A stretch of DNA of 64,000 nucleotides from NCBI RefSeq assembly GCF_018350175.1, contig NC_058369.1:22632001-22696000 (forward strand), read 5' to 3'. Under the pieces are notes generated by a model, which ran no database searches, was not told the DNA's origin, and saw only the letters and a program-made list of their open reading frames with translations. Source of the DNA: Felis catus. Its lineage: Eukaryota. Made by a program: the position numbers and the translations under genes. This document shows positions 62,211 to 64,000 of the stretch, piece after piece. Position 1 is the first letter of the stretch; each line of letters opens with the position of its first letter.

Positions 62211-64000
62211 AGGGTTAGTTATGAGCAGCTGTCTCTCCCACACTGGACTTTCTGGCATCTTGGGCAGAGCCCTGCCTGATCTCGTTCGTATCTCTACCCA
62301 TCACAGTTGAGTCAGATAATGCATCTTGCCCCTGAGGTAGGCTCTCAGAATCCTGCCCCTTTGGGCTCTCAGAGCATGTGCTTGCCTCTTAGTGGCCTCT
62401 GCCCCATCTACCGCTGTGCCTTGCAGGGAAATGCTTCTAAGGTTTGCAGGTCTCAGCTCATGTACCCCTCTCCCAGGTGGGTGGTTCTAACTTCTGTCAT
62501 GCCATCAACCACTTGGACAGTCTGACACTCTTTCTTGGAAAAATACATTTTCAAGTTCATGAAGTAAACTGAACAGGATATATGAAAGCCCAATTATAAT
62601 GAAATACAGTTACCAAAATAGAATCCCCTGGATATATGGTATAGTGATTTATGGGCTTATTTATGAACATCTCAAATAGCAAGATCCAGTAGTGGGTTTA
62701 ATTTCAAAATAGTGATGACAGTAAGTGCAGTTTTGAGATACCAGCGGCAACTAAGATTTGGTAGGAAACTGTCTGATTTCTGTTGGTGAGAAAGTCTCAG
62801 GTTCTTCTCATGTGACTTGTTTACATTCAAAATTCAAGGGGATGGTAAATTTCACTGAGACATTAGTTAAAATCATGATACGATTGTTTTTTGGACATCC
62901 TGAACCCCTGATTAAGAACCCCCACCTGGAGGAATGGGTTTGCTGCCTCCATGGACGTCCCACTCTTCCCCATGGCTCCACCCCTGTCGCCCCCCAGATT
63001 AAGGGGAACTCGTTTGACCTGTTGCCACAGAGTGGCGTGGCCAGCCAGGTTTCCACTGGGAACATGAGGCTGGCGTGAAGAGAAGGGGAAGGGCAGTTTG
63101 ATCAGAAAATGCAAGCTCTGCTGCAGGGAAAGCGGAGACTGGGTGAGCTGGAGCAGAGCTGCCTGCTGGGCTCCTGTGTGACACAGTGTGGGGGCGGGGG
63201 AATGGGATGGGGAAAGTATGGCCCTACCTATTTCTGTGAGATTGAGGTAAAGATTCAAATTGTGTTTTCTGGTTGCCCGACCATTGCACCTGCAAGCTTG
63301 TCTCCAGGCTAGAGCTAGACCGTGAGGTGGCATTCTTGGATTGGGTTGCTCATGCACGACCCTGTCCTGCGATTATTTATGGAGACCAGGGTTGCCGCAC
63401 CACGTCCCGAGGGCCAAAGCTGGCCTGCCGCCTGTTCCTGTACAGCTCCAGTTTTCAAAGGTGGGGCATAATTCTTTCCCAAATACCATATTGCCTGGGC
63501 GCTGCTCCCTGGCTTGCAGGTGGCGCTTGCAGAGAGAGACCCAGTGGGGAACTCCCTGTGTCGCCCTGGCCTTCTGATCGTGCCCCTGCACTAAGCCATC
63601 CTAGGGACTGGGCCACCGCTGTTTAAAAAAAGTTCTGCACTTTTGTTACCTCTTTAAAACACGCTAGTATCGACAGCCCAGCGACAAAGCTGACAGAATC
63701 AAATTAGCATTCTTTAATGTACACGGATTCTGTGAAGATATCTAATTCACTGCTATAAATGGACTTGTTTCCTCATTCCCCAAAGCTTCGCCCCTCCCCT
63801 GTGAGGCTCCAGCGATGAAGAGATTGGCTGTGTCACTTTGATGACTCATTTAATTTCTAGTTACACGAGTGGAATGCACAAGTCCAAGGCAAGGGTGAGG
63901 TGCGAATTCTGACTAAGGAATTGAAACATCGCAAGTGATTTCGGTGGCACCTCTCCGCCCTGGCTGCAGGCAGGTAGTCGTGACTTCCGCTGTGTGCGCA

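Noticed and set aside
1..64000. CRISPR array, prokaryotic system, NUMT or processed pseudogene
   Set aside because: Eukaryotic repeat-rich DNA; no regular repeat-spacer array, no mitochondrial-like sequence and no recognisable retrocopy seen

Overview
Mammalian nuclear DNA from a felid. About 24 tRNA-derived Can-SINEs are present, several matching the young cat SINEC_Fc type and flanked by target-site duplications (TSDs). The window also holds old and recent L1 fragments, MaLR/ERVL LTRs, L2, MIR and microsatellites. I recognise no protein-coding exon of a known gene and no RNA gene; the supplied ORFs are repeat-derived or chance. A minus-strand excess of SINEs (about 18:6) is compatible with an intron of a large plus-strand gene, which I cannot name. 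Most notable structure: (1) three local rearrangements at 37.7-41.7 kb, namely a ~770-bp inversion inside an old L1 ORF1, a 177-bp near-identical inverted duplication, and a 131-bp local copy interrupting an ERVL fragment; (2) a mosaic SINE stack at 19.7-20.6 kb with a duplicated SINE-SINE junction; (3) a speculative minus-strand spliced short ORF (42748-42650, 31265-31197, possibly 27234-27219). I cannot support a claim of a new biological system. Repeat subfamily names come from recalled consensus sequences, and old-repeat boundaries are approximate.
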